From Owenia fusiformis (taxonomy: Eukaryota): DNA of 64,000 bases. The notes under the pieces were generated by a model, which saw only the letters and a program-made list of their open reading frames with translations, did no database searches and had not been told where the DNA came from. The position numbers were made by a program, and so were the translations under genes. The DNA is taken from assembly GCA_903813345.2 (NCBI GenBank), contig CAIIXF020000001.1:12152001-12216000 (forward strand), written 5' to 3'. This document shows positions 52,801-64,000 of this stretch, one piece after another. Each line of letters begins with the position of its first letter. The first letter of the stretch is position 1.

Positions 52801-54607
52801 ATCTAGCTTTAACTGGGTTTAGACTAAAAGGAGTAGATGTCTACAAGGCTGGCATTGCAACACATGTAGTGGACTCTGACAAGCTAGTAGACTTGGAGAA
52901 TGAACTACTCAATCTTAAGATAGCCAAAGAGCAAAGCATAGTTAATGTACTCAATTCATACCATGATAAGGTATATACTCGCCTAAACCAAAAGTTGTTT
53001 AACACTACCTTGCATGAAAAATATAAACAAATTAGGACAAGTTTTAGGAAGTCATGTATAGTTAAAGCGATAACATGGGAGAACATGGGATTTAGTCAGT
53101 GCCGGAACTTAAGCATGGCTTTAATTGTGGCACATGCACAACCTTGTCCCATCACTTCTAACCATGGGTGGCATTTTGAATTTGTTATGCCTCTTCATTG
53201 CCATTAGCTAGTTCTTTTGCCAAAACACCACATGTCTGTAGATTTCTTCTCACCTATGATTTATTTACACATTGTCAATGAAATGTTTAAGTACTGGTAA
53301 TCCTTGTTCTCACAGAGTTCCATTGACAAATCTCAAGACTTTATACTGAAGCCACATCAGGAGGAAATCAACCAGTTGTTTAGTGGTCAAACTTTAGAAG
53401 AGATCTTCCTGAATCTGGAAAGAGCTGACACGGAGTGGGCCAGCAAAACATTACAGACTCTAAAACGGATGGTAAATATTATTTAGTCTAGTGTAAACAA
53501 ATATAGTTTACATAATGTCCCTGTGTACTTTAAACTACATGTATAGGGTGATCCATAAAGTGTCCTTATGTGTATTTTATTATTTTGCCACAGCCGTTTT
53601 ATTAAGCCATCAATTTTCTTTGTAGATAGAGGATTCAAACATGCAGTTGTATCCCCAACAACAACACAATATTTTACAATTATTAAGATGAGAAATTTTC
53701 ATTGATAAGTTATTATTTGGTGGAATGATATTAGCAAGAATACATTCCATTGCAATGAAACACAAAATGTAGAACTGCATTTCCTTTTAGTCTCCAGTAT
53801 CTATGAAGGTGACTCTACGTCAGATCCAAGAAGGGGCATCAATGATGCTACAGGATGTCTTGCAAATGGAATACAGGATAAGCCAACAGTGTATTGCACA
53901 GAAAGACTTTTATGAAGGAGTTCGAGCAGGTAGATCTTACAAAAATATCCTAATCTAAGGCAGTATACTTTTTCCATATGTAGCTATGATACATGTAAAG
54001 CTAAAAGATTGTAAAGATCTTCCAGTATTTCATATAGGCCATGGGAATTGTGAAGCTAAAAGATTGTAAAGATCTTCCAGTATTTCATATAGGCCATGGG
54101 AATTGTGAAGCTAAAACATTGTAAAGATCTTCCAGTATTTCATATAGGCCATGGGAATTGTGAAGCTAAAACATTGTAAAGATCTTCCAGTATTTCATAT
54201 AGGCCATGGGAATTGTGAAACTAAAACATTGTAAAGATCTTCCAGTATTTCCTGTAGGTTGAGAATTTATGAGAGGTTATGAGAATTTGATTCTTTGCTT
54301 AGTGTCTGGTAACTAATCTTTTAAATTATCAGGAGTTACTAGATTTGCCATATAGAAATCCATCAGTAGTATGTAATATGTACATATCATCAGGGTATAC
54401 CATGATAACTCCTGTCTCTTACAGGTTCTTTCATACTCCTCATGTTCGATCTATTTCATTCATGATAACATTGTTGTTTCCTTTACAGTCCTCATAGACA
54501 AGGACCAGACTCCAAAATGGACACCAGCCACGATTCAGGAAGTAACAGATGAGATGGTTGATAAATACTTTGCCCCACTCCCAGAGGGCAGAGATCTTAT
54601 TTTGTAA
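49849..54607 (+). CDS. HIBCH: 3-hydroxyisobutyryl-CoA hydrolase, mitochondrial; exons 49849-49998, 50393-50477, 51083-51163, 51440-51492, 52500-52578, 52738-52970, 53316-53471, 53791-53929, 54489-54607 (5' exon(s) not resolved)
   Basis: Phase-consistent GT-AG joins. Motifs [77 protein letters not shown]. Confidence 0.95.
50712..50933. repeat. Intronic foldback (MITE-like) with ~100-bp arms
   Basis: ACTTCAGCAAACAT..TTTGGGCAAAATAGG..CAATTCTTAT is mirrored around AGATCT at 50817-50822. Confidence 0.8.
51583..52435. mobile_element. pogo/Tigger-like MITE in a HIBCH intron
   Basis: TA-CAGTAAAACCTG...CAGGTTTTACTG-TA, with repeated TTCCTTGTTCANAGGTTTTCCCTA subterminal motifs. Confidence 0.85.
53998..54251. 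repeat. 55-bp minisatellite, ~4.6 copies, in the last HIBCH intron
   Basis: CTAAAA[G/C]ATTGTAAAGATCTTCCAG at 54001, 54056, 54111, 54166 and 54221. Confidence 0.95.
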
Positions 54608-54732
54608 GTCACAGTAGAAGCTTTAAAGAATAATGATAATATAATATTATATCTATTATGATATGTATTCTTGTTTCATATGAAATTGTCAGATTGGTTG
54701 ATTAGAGACTACTGCCTTTTACATAGCTTTTA

Positions 54733-55204
54733 CAGTCTATTAATCTGCTTCAAAGGCAAGCAGTTGAACCTGAAAAATAAGAAATCTAAAGACTATTGTG
54801 CCATTATATATCGAAAAATATATTCTGAAATATAATCTGAAATAAACAAATGTCATTTGTGTGCAATATGAATAGGACAATAATGTCATTTCAAAGGGCA
54901 ATATAGTGACCGTTAATGACCAGGACTGAAACAGCAATAACATCTTACGCACTGAACGATATCTAATTTCCAGGGGAAAATTGCCGGTCATTAATTGCAT
55001 TTTTGACAGGCAATATGGACCGCCACTATGACGTCACATATTGGTCAGGTCGATATGAATGCCTTCTAAACTAGCACTAAAACCCCTAGAACTGGCCCGG
55101 CAAGGTGGTAATAATATATTTTTCTATACATTATTGCACAATAGTCTTTAGCTTTCTTATTTTTTAGGTCAAACTGCTTGCCTTTGAAGCAGTTTAACAG
55201 ACTG
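54733..55204. mobile_element. TA-flanked MITE with ~70-bp TIRs, containing a partial copy of the 3526-5058 foldback element
   Basis: CAGTCTATTAATCTGCTTCAAAGGCAAGCAGTT / AACTGCTTGCCTTTGAAGCAGTTTAACAGACTG. Segment 54880-55113 matches 4640-4840. Confidence 0.8.
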
Positions 55205-57204
55205 TAGCCCCTTTGAGTGGATTTTTTGTGTTTATAACCAATTTATGATGTATTTTATCTAGATGATCAACAGGTATTGTATGCTTAGTCAAGAACTAAT
55301 GAAATTGTTTGGAGTTTTCAGTATGTTTTTGTTAATTATTATGAATTTTAAACGATTTCTTTTAGTCCTTTTGTTTTTAACAAAAAAATGTTAACATTCT
55401 TTAGTATAAATAAGAAGTTTGCTCTTTTCAATTGTTGATTCAGTTTTTAAAAAAAAAATTAAATAATAAGAATAAAAAATAAATTGTATAACACGTCCAT
55501 CTTCTTTATTCTTCAGTCTTCATTTTGTAAGAAAACATTGAAGCAAATGGACTTGTCCATTCTATTGAGATTACATATGTAAACATATAAAATGATTACC
55601 CTATTTGTCGGCATTCCATGGTACTTGGGAGTGTCAGTCATTCAGTCAAGGGTTTCTCTTGGCATACATACACACTACACATCAAATGTGAATAAGGCAC
55701 CTTCCACATGGTGGCGAACAATTGTATTTATTCAAGCTGGAATCAAGCTCAATTTTTGAATCAAGCTCAACTTTAGCCTGAGAGTGTTGAATTAAGAGTT
55801 GTAGCATAAGCTGGTAAAACCTGTAAATGAATTGACAATGTAAACATGTATTTTCAGGCCAAAGGGGAAGAGGGGATGGAGTGATGTCAATACTGCCACC
55901 ATAGGATAAAAGTGGACTTTCAAATTGTAGAAGTTGAAGCAATGATATTGTGATCCTGGCACACACACACCAGGTGGAACTGACTGATCAAGTTTAATCT
56001 TGGACCGAGCGCAATGTGATCATCTTTTTAATTCATCACAATTTCCAGATTTTTGCAGCTTAAATAACACCAAAAGATATGATTAACCTATCTACAGATA
56101 TTATATTTTGAGTAATAAAGGTCATATTGGTTGGAAATCATACATGTTGCATGTAATTTGTCAACCTCTATATGAATTAGGATATAAGTTTTTAGAAAGT
56201 GTGCTCCCTGTCTACGTGTCAGATGATATTCTCTCCCAAATCTTGTAAATAATAATAAATGATCAATCGATGTCGATTAAATGAGAAAATAAAATATATA
56301 TAATGAAATCAGTATTGTTTGTCATGATTGACTTTAGGTGCTCACTATTCCAAAGTTTACGTGAAAAAATGACTATTGACCACTTTTAGTAACCAGTCAA
56401 TATTTTCCACACATAGCCTAAAAACAAGGTTTGAAGAGTTTTAAAAGACATGCTGTATAGATTGAATGCAAATATAAACGTTGATATGTTTCCTTGAATC
56501 TTTTTAGCACACAGTCAATTAATATAAGTCTGAATCAATTTTTTCTGTGCGTCAAACCTGAAAAAAGCAAAAATGTTGGAACGTCGAATATTCGATTTTT
56601 CCTTTTTCCTTATTTCACGTGTGGTCATGAAATGACCATTGGGGATTGACCGATGAAACTTGGTAGAATGAAAGAACATTGAACAAGGTTTCATTGTGCC
56701 AAATATGACTTTAACCCATAATGAATGACTGAATTATTATAGTAACATACATTGTTTGGATTACCTTTGTTTGGATCACTCTGTATTTTAGATGCCTTTT
56801 CATGTTTGATTCATAACTACGCTAGTTACCCCTCAGAAATTAGCATTTCTTCTTCAAAATTTAGCAAATAAGATTGTGGATTTTGTAATTTAAAAACTAA
56901 TGATTTTATGAGAATTTTGCATTTGCGATTTAAAAGTGATTGATTTTGCATCAAAAACTTGATATTTGTGAAAATTTACAAAAAGACTGTTTAATAAGGA
57001 AATGAAATACTTTGTTTTTGTGATTCTATGTGTCAGCTCCAGTAAAAAACGTCAAATACCTTGCTTGTTTGCGTTTTTTGCACCAGATTGGGAATTTTGC
57101 GAATGACACCCAATTTTGCAGAATCGAATTGCGATTGCAGAAATACAAATTTCTATGTGGACAGAGGCTAGTACACAAAGAAATACTGTAAATTGCTTTA
57201 ATAA

Positions 57205-57539
57205 CCCAGATGCGAGTAGAAATAATCTTGATTTACGTCATCAAAAATTTTATTTCCTTTGAAAATGTGACTTCTAGCTCGGGGAGATTCGCCATAGACC
57301 CCATGCTATAAAATCACAAAAAATGAAATATCTTTTCTTTTAGTGGACAGATAATATTTTGCTTTACTGGACATATTTTCATTAGTATAAGTATCAGACA
57401 CATAAGGGTTATATGAAAATTGAGCCACTTAAATTGATAATATTCAAGTTTAAGGGAACTTTCTTATATACCTGCCATGTTAATTGACCCGAATCAGCCA
57501 CCTGGTGGTGAAACTGGAAACTACCTACTCGCATTTGGG
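57205..57539 (-). mobile_element. CCCAGATGCGAGTAG-TIR MITE, copy 3
   Basis: CCCAGATGCGAGTAG...CTACTCGCATTTGGG. Confidence 0.8.
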
Positions 57540-58177
57540 TAATTCAGTGCTATTTTTTTTTAATTTGGCAGATTGGGCAAATTTTGAAATGTTGGTTGCT
57601 ATTTATTTTAGCAGATAGACCCATCAGAAAAATATGGATATTGGAGGGCTAGCTAGGAAGTCATGTGGCCAGGTTACTCTTGGGCTACACAGGGAGGTTT
57701 TACCTTTATGAGCTAAAATGTAAAACTAGGATTACAGTCAAAATATTGAATGAAATCTCAATGAAAAGACCATTGGAATTTTTTTTTAAATTGACAGAGA
57801 CTTAATTTGGCGGTTTTTATCAATCTGACAAATTAGCCCAATTAAAATGGCTGTCAAATGTAGAATCCACAGTATTCTGATATCAACACCAACAATTTGT
57901 AGTTTTCTGTGAACTTATAGCTTGAAAATGTTGTGTGGAATTTGATAAAATTTAACTGCTGAGAAATAGTGCAAGATTAAAAATGTCTGTTGCACTTATA
58001 CTTTGATATATTGGAAATTCAAAATTAAATAAAAAAAAATAGTGGAAAAATTAAAAACAGTATTTGGTATTAAAAGTCAAGATTTCATATTATATTCATA
58101 ATATTGCTTCATTACATATAATCTATGTAGTATTCTATGTAAAATTTAATCCAGACTATTGTACTTCATAGTCCACT

Positions 58178-59040
58178 TTAATCACTATCTGACCAAGCAA
58201 AGTCCTTTACAATATCGTCACCTCCAGCATTTTCATATTTATTCAAATCTGTCTTTTGTTTCTTTGTATTTTTACCAACTTTTCCCTGTTGTTTTCTCTT
58301 CTTTGTCTGATTGGTTTTCTGTGAGTCCATTTCTTTTTTGTGTTTATTTTTCTGATTTTTATAATTGCTGGATTGAGTAGATTGTTTTTTATTCCCTTTC
58401 TGTATAGTTTTAGAATTGGTCTCATCCTCCATTTCTGAATCCTCATCTTCAGAGTCCTCGATATCTGAATCCTCATTTTCTGAAGCTTCATCTTCTGAAT
58501 CCTCATTTTCTAAATCGCTATCATCATCCCCAGACCCTGCCAGTTTCTCCAGGTCATCTTCATCAAAATCACTGGAAAAAATCAAATGTATACGATACAA
58601 TTAAGAAAATACATGTAATGCTTTCCTCACAATATTACTTTTTCAGATCTATCATACATTTGAATTTTTACAAAACAAGGATTTCAAGATGGATTATTAT
58701 TCAAAATGGATGATATTAAATTTCACAATTTCCACTTGATAATGAAGAAAAATTATTTTGTTCTGGTCACCAAGGTTTCAAAGAGCTCATTTTTAAATGT
58801 TTAAAATAAATATAGACAGGTGATTTATATTTTTAGCGTCCAATCAGATCAGCTCTTTTCTTTACAGTTTTGATGAACATTCTCTGTCATGTTACCTGAC
58901 AAAGCACCTTTAATTCATGCAAAAAAGCCATGTAGGTTATCGCAAATAATTTGTGACTATTTACAGCCAAATTTCCTAACCTGTAATCATCATCAGAGTC
59001 ATGTTTCTTCTTCTTTGCCCTCTCATGTTTCATAAGGAAT
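58178..59040 (-). CDS. Last two exons (59040-58981, 58571-58178) of an acidic/lysine-rich nucleolar-type protein, possibly a NOC2L homolog; upstream exons not found in the window
   Basis: Phase-2 join gives FLMKHERAKKKKHDSDDDYS-DFDEDDLEKLAG...DDIVKDFAWSDSD*. The acidic tract, K-rich tract and terminal D-x-V-x-D-F-x-x-SD motif resemble the NOC2L C-terminus from memory only. The exons are better supported than the identity. Confidence 0.7.
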
Positions 59041-59557
59041 CTAAAATTACAAAGAAGAACATTTAAAACATTTATTTGGTTTGAATAGAGGATCATTTTA
59101 TTAAAGTAATAATAATTTTGATAAAACCTCAAATATAGACTGATTGATTAAACAAACCTTTTTGCCAAAAATGTAAAAAACATAGTCACTAAAGAATTTT
59201 GGCAGTTTTGATATTAACAGATTTTTTTTTATCAATTGTGAGGTATTTTAGAGGTTGAGCCACTTGTAAAAAGCTATGGGGTATGAGGGGGGATGATGCT
59301 AATCCAAAGTTTCAGTCTCCTTAGAATGTCTTTTCCTAAAAAGAAAGTGGAACATGGTTTTCTCCAATCAAAACCAGAAACATTTTTACCTATTTCTTAA
59401 CACAAGAACTTATTTTTGCCTACATAGCCATAGGAACGGGAGGTTCGCTGGTTTCGAACGAACCCCCGGTCGGGATTTCCTCTCAAAAATATTTGTGGAA
59501 AAATTCATTGCAATAACCAGAAACATATATTCAATTAATATGACCAGTAGATAAATA

Positions 59558-60691
59558 AACAAGGCACAGACGTGAACAATATCGTACCTAAAACACAGCA
59601 TTGTGGTCTTGTTGACCAAGAAAGCATTGGATGGCCGCAAAAAAGTTAATCAGCTCTAGAACTTATCACTGTGTAACATATGTAAAAATTTGAACAGTTT
59701 GGCTGGAAACCTGTAGACAAGCCTCGATAGACAAGATTTTAGGACGGAAAATCTAAAAGGGCAGCCTTAACATTTACCCAGAATGCCCAAAAAAAACTAA
59801 TCAGTTCTTGACATTGATACGTAGAAACATCCCTGAAAATTTCAGATGAATCCCTCAAATGGTTTGGCTGGAAACCTGTAGACAAGTCTTGACGTTGATA
59901 TGTAGAAACATCCCTGAAAATTTCAGATGAATCCCTCAAATGGGTTGGCTGAAAATCTGTAGACAAGTCTTGAAAGTGAAGATTTTAGGACGGAAAATCC
60001 AAAATGGCCACCTTAAAATTTACTCACAATGGCCAAAAACTAATCAGTTCTTGACATTGATATGTAGAAACATCCCTGAAAATTTCAGATGAATCCCTCA
60101 AATGGTTTGGCTGGAAACCTGTAGACAAGTCTTGAAAGTGAAGATTTTAGGACGGAAAATCCAAAATGGCCACCTTAAAATTTACCCAGAATGCCCAAAA
60201 ACCAATCAGTTCTTGACGTTGATATGTAGAAACATCCCTGAAAATTTCAGATGAATCCCTCAAATGGTTTGGCTGAAAATCTGTAGACAAGTCTTGAAAT
60301 TGAAAATCCAAAATGGTCACCTTAAAATTTAACCAGAATGCCCAAAAACTAATCAGTTCTTAATTTGACGTTGATATGTAGAAACATCCCTGAAAATTTC
60401 AGATGAATCCCTCAAAAGGTTTGGCTGGAAACCTGTAGACAAGTCTTGAAAGTAAAGATTTTAGGACAGAAAATCCAAAATGGCCACCTTAAAATTTACC
60501 CAGAATGCCCAAAAACTAATCAGTTCTTGAAGTTGATATGTAGAAAAATCCCTGAAAATTTCAGATGAATCCCTCAAATGGTTTGGCTGGAAACCTGTAG
60601 ACAAGCTGAAAAGTGAGACGCCGCCCGCCCGCCCGCCCGCCGCCCGTCAAGCTGACTACAATATTGTACCTCTTGTTAGGTACGATAAAAA
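59558..60691 (-). mobile_element. HINE-like element with a 162-bp satellite array, copy 1
   Basis: subTIRs TATCGTACCTA (59580) and TAGGTACGATA (60677), (CCGC)n microsatellite, AACAAG terminus. ATGGCCACC recurs at 60004 and 60166. Confidence 0.85.
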
Positions 60692-60941
60692 TGATAAAGT
60701 TACACTTCTCTCCAAAAGTTTGGCAACCATAGGCAAGAGTTGAATTGTCTAATTTTGCGAAGACCTCGGAGCATCATGACATTATGCAAAGAAGAAATAT
60801 CAATAATTTTGCACATTGTCAATTTATTTTTCACCTTAAAAGCTGCTCCATCTCCGGTGAAATAAACCAACTGTCTTATACAGATGAAAACACATTTTCT
60901 TTCAAATATTTATATGAAGGGGGAAATTTGTGGATAACATA

Positions 60942-62819
60942 AACAAGGCACAGACATGAACAATATCGTACCTAAAACACAGCAGTGTGACAGTGAAGAA
61001 TTTAGGACGGAAAATCCAAAATGGCCACCTTAAAATTTACCCAGAATGCCCAAAAACTAATCAGTTCTTAACTTTGATACGTAGAAACATCCCTGAAAAT
61101 TTCAGATGAATCCATCAAATGGTTTGGCTGGAAACCTGTAGACAAGTCTTGAAAGTGAAGATTTTAGGACGGAAAATCCAAAATGGCCACCTTAAAATTA
61201 ACCCAGAATGCCCAAAAACTAATCAGTTGTTAACTTTGATATGTAGAAACATCCCTGTAAATTTCAAATGAATCCGTCAAATGATTTGGCTGGAAACCTG
61301 TAGACAAGTCTTGAAAGTGAAGATTTTAGGACGGAAAATCCAAAATGGCCACCTTAAAATTTTACCCAGAATGCCAAAAAACTAATCAGTTCTTAACTTT
61401 GATACGTAGAAACATCCCTGAAAATTTCAGATGAATCCGTCAAATGATTTGGCTGGAAACCTGTAGACAAGTCTTGAAAGTGAAGATTTTAGGACGGAAA
61501 ATCCAAAATGGCCACCTAAAAATTTACCCAGAATGCCCAAAAACTAATCAGTTCTTAACTTTGATATGTAGAAACATTCCTGAAAATTTCAGATGAATCC
61601 GTCAAATGGTTTGGCTGGAAACCTGTAGACAAGTCTTGAAAGTGAAGATTTTAGGACGGAAAATCCAAAATGGCCACCTTAAAAGGATGAGTCTGGGAAT
61701 GAGTCTGGGTATCGACTTAGAAAATATTGAAAATTGTAATGTCTGAAAAACCAACTCAATCACACATATTATTAAACTTCAATATCTTATCCTTCTTCTG
61801 AGATTACTAAAATATCAATTCGTATAACAATTGATGAAGAATATTGGCATCAAAGACAGTGCATATCACTTTGTCAGAATTGAAAAAAAATCAATGGCAA
61901 ATATTAAATGAATTATTTATACAAAAAGTTTGAAACATATCCTCCAAAACATTGCTTATTTTCTTTGTATAGACATTGAATGGTATTTCTGGATAAGTGA
62001 TTTTGTGTTTATCTCGGTAATCAAGGGATTATAGTCACTCAAAGTTACTGAGCATCCAGTTTTGAGACTTCAATTGTGTTGGTGAAGTTACTCATATTTC
62101 AGTCAAATTCATGCTGAGCACAACATTTTGGTTTCAATTTTATAATCCCTATACATGACCCTGGTGATGAAGAGTCAGATTCAGTCAAAAAACCCAAACC
62201 GGAAAACTGTGCTCACCGTGAAAACTAAAAGTGAAGCAACTTTTTTCTGATATTTCTTACATCAAATGGCAGCCATCTTGTTTTTCCCCCTTCAAATTAA
62301 ACTGGCGGGAAATTCAAAAATTTGAAAAAAATTTTAATCCTTAAATATATTTCAAAAATATGATTTTCTTTTTAATTCTTCATGGGTCTTAAGTTATTTC
62401 TTCTTTGTATGTCATACATGTTGCCATTGGTGTTTTTTTCTATGATAATGACTATTTTTTGTTTGTTAGGCTACTTATTCTGACTCTCAGCAGGGGGCTA
62501 ATTATGCATCAAAACTCATGAAAAAGTAAATATACTTATCAAATATAACTAGGACAGTAATAAAAACCATATTTCACATACATTTGACTGAGGGACCAAA
62601 AGGGCATATACCCAGACACATCCTTTACCCAGAATGCCCAAAAACTAATCAGTTCTTAACTTTGATACGTAGAAACATTCCAGAAAATTTCAGATGAATC
62701 CCTCAAATGGTTTGGCTGGAAACCTGTAGACAAGCTGAAAAGTGAGACGCCGCCCACCCGCCAACCGCCCGCCCATCAAGCTGACGACAATATCGTACCT
62801 TTATTAGGTACAATAAAAA
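60942..62819 (-). mobile_element. HINE-like element with a 162-bp satellite array, copy 2, interrupted by a Spy-type element
   Basis: Same termini as copy 1. Monomers at 61021, 61183, 61345, 61508 and 61670; the array resumes at 62624. Confidence 0.85.
61685..62623. mobile_element. Second Spy-type non-autonomous element (939 bp) at AAA^TTT without a TSD
   Basis: The satellite reads CCTTAAAATTTACCCAG; here CCTTAAAA|GGATG...CATCC|TTTACCCAG. TIR GGATGAGTCTGGG / CCCAGACACATCC. Confidence 0.85.
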
Positions 62820-64000
62820 TCGAACCCCTGGTCACCAAATGCTGGCTAGAATGCCATTGGTCTATACTGATACCCAAAAGTAAGATTTTGCCTTTATAAT
62901 CCAGATCCAGAATAATCTTCAGGAACCATAAGAACAGATATCTACCAGGATCTAATAGAATCTGACAAAGACAGCTGAGGCAAATTCTCTGTATAAAATA
63001 TTGGAAAAATAATTCTATGCCTTTTGTAAAATATGTTAAACATTACAGAGTACATGTAGTTGCTATTTGAATGGCATGAGGCTATGTTTATCTTTATAGA
63101 TAATAAATATGTTCTTGTAAACTACATGTACTTTAAACCTATTAGTTCAACTTAAGTTAGTATGTCCTTCCTATTTGATAAATGTGAATCAGTATAATTT
63201 GGCAGCGAGTCATATTGTAAATAAAAAATTCAAAAGTATTGAATGATTATCTGTTGTAAAATTGCTGCAAATCATTTACAAGCATTTCATGTATTGCCTT
63301 GATTCTTTCAGGAACTTTAATTATAAGAAAGCATTTACTTAATATCATGGGATTAATGGATGGATTTTGGCTGCTACATTGATATGTATATTAGATTTAA
63401 AAATTATTGAGCAACCTTATTTACTGACAAAACTATAGAGATAACAGGTATATGTTCATGTTTTATCATTCCACGATATATAAGGTAGGTCATATTATCT
63501 TTGCATCATTTTGTACATTGTCTAAACACATACTGAACATTAGACAAAAAGTGAACTCTAGCCCAGGACAGTGTATTTGAAATTGAACTTTTGAAAGCTC
63601 CAGTATTTATCGTGGCAAGTCACTGGACAAAATCATTAGGGATTTTTAAAAAATTGGTGGAGATTTAATTTTGGCAGGTTTTATCAATCTACCAACTTAA
63701 AACAGTAATCAAATGATAGTTTACAGTACAAAACTTCAATTTAACATTTTTTATCAGGTTTGAGATTTTAAAAGACCTTTCTAATAAGCTCCACCTTTTG
63801 GTGCATCGAAGAAGTTTGGATATATTTGTCAGATTGTTGATGTCATTGTCAAAAGGTAGCAAACAAAAATAGGCTTAACTTGTTGCTAATTTTGAAATCA
63901 TCAATCTAGCCGATATGATATCATAGCTTCTCGGATGTACCAAAATATGATAGGTTTATTGGAAAGGTCTAGTTTTATTCAAAAGTGTGTTCTCTAGGTC

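Noticed and set aside
55600-56060. Coding-looking segment with YLGV (LINE RT-like) and a 94-aa minus-strand ORF
   Set aside because: A single short motif, stops in all frames, and no other recognisable RT motifs.

Overview
AT-rich eukaryotic (spliced, GT-AG) genomic DNA. The repeat types suggest an invertebrate, probably a spiralian, but this is inference. Genes assembled by hand from splice sites: (i) an unrecognised 139-aa single-pass membrane protein on the minus strand (signal peptide, short ectodomain, TM, tail; exons 16309-16234, 12154-12101, 11648-11359); (ii) a tandem cluster of clan-2 cytochrome P450s, comprising a truncated pseudogene (32434-32910) and two intact 5-exon, 510-aa genes (33825-36803, 44689-47838); (iii) HIBCH, with 9 coding exons resolved (49849-54607); (iv) the last two exons of a convergent acidic nucleolar-type protein, possibly NOC2L (59040-58178). 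Much of the rest is nested non-autonomous DNA transposons: Tc1/mariner-, hAT-, Kolobok-, AcademH- and Spy-like elements, Helentron-type HINEs carrying satellites, and hairpin-ended elements. Several insertions have their empty site inside the window. This shows directly two TSD-less AAA^TTT (Spy-type) insertions, a 9-bp TSD element, and TA to TACATGTA 6-bp insertions that resemble Tc1/mariner excision footprints. No rRNA, convincing tRNA, CRISPR array or intact transposase was seen.
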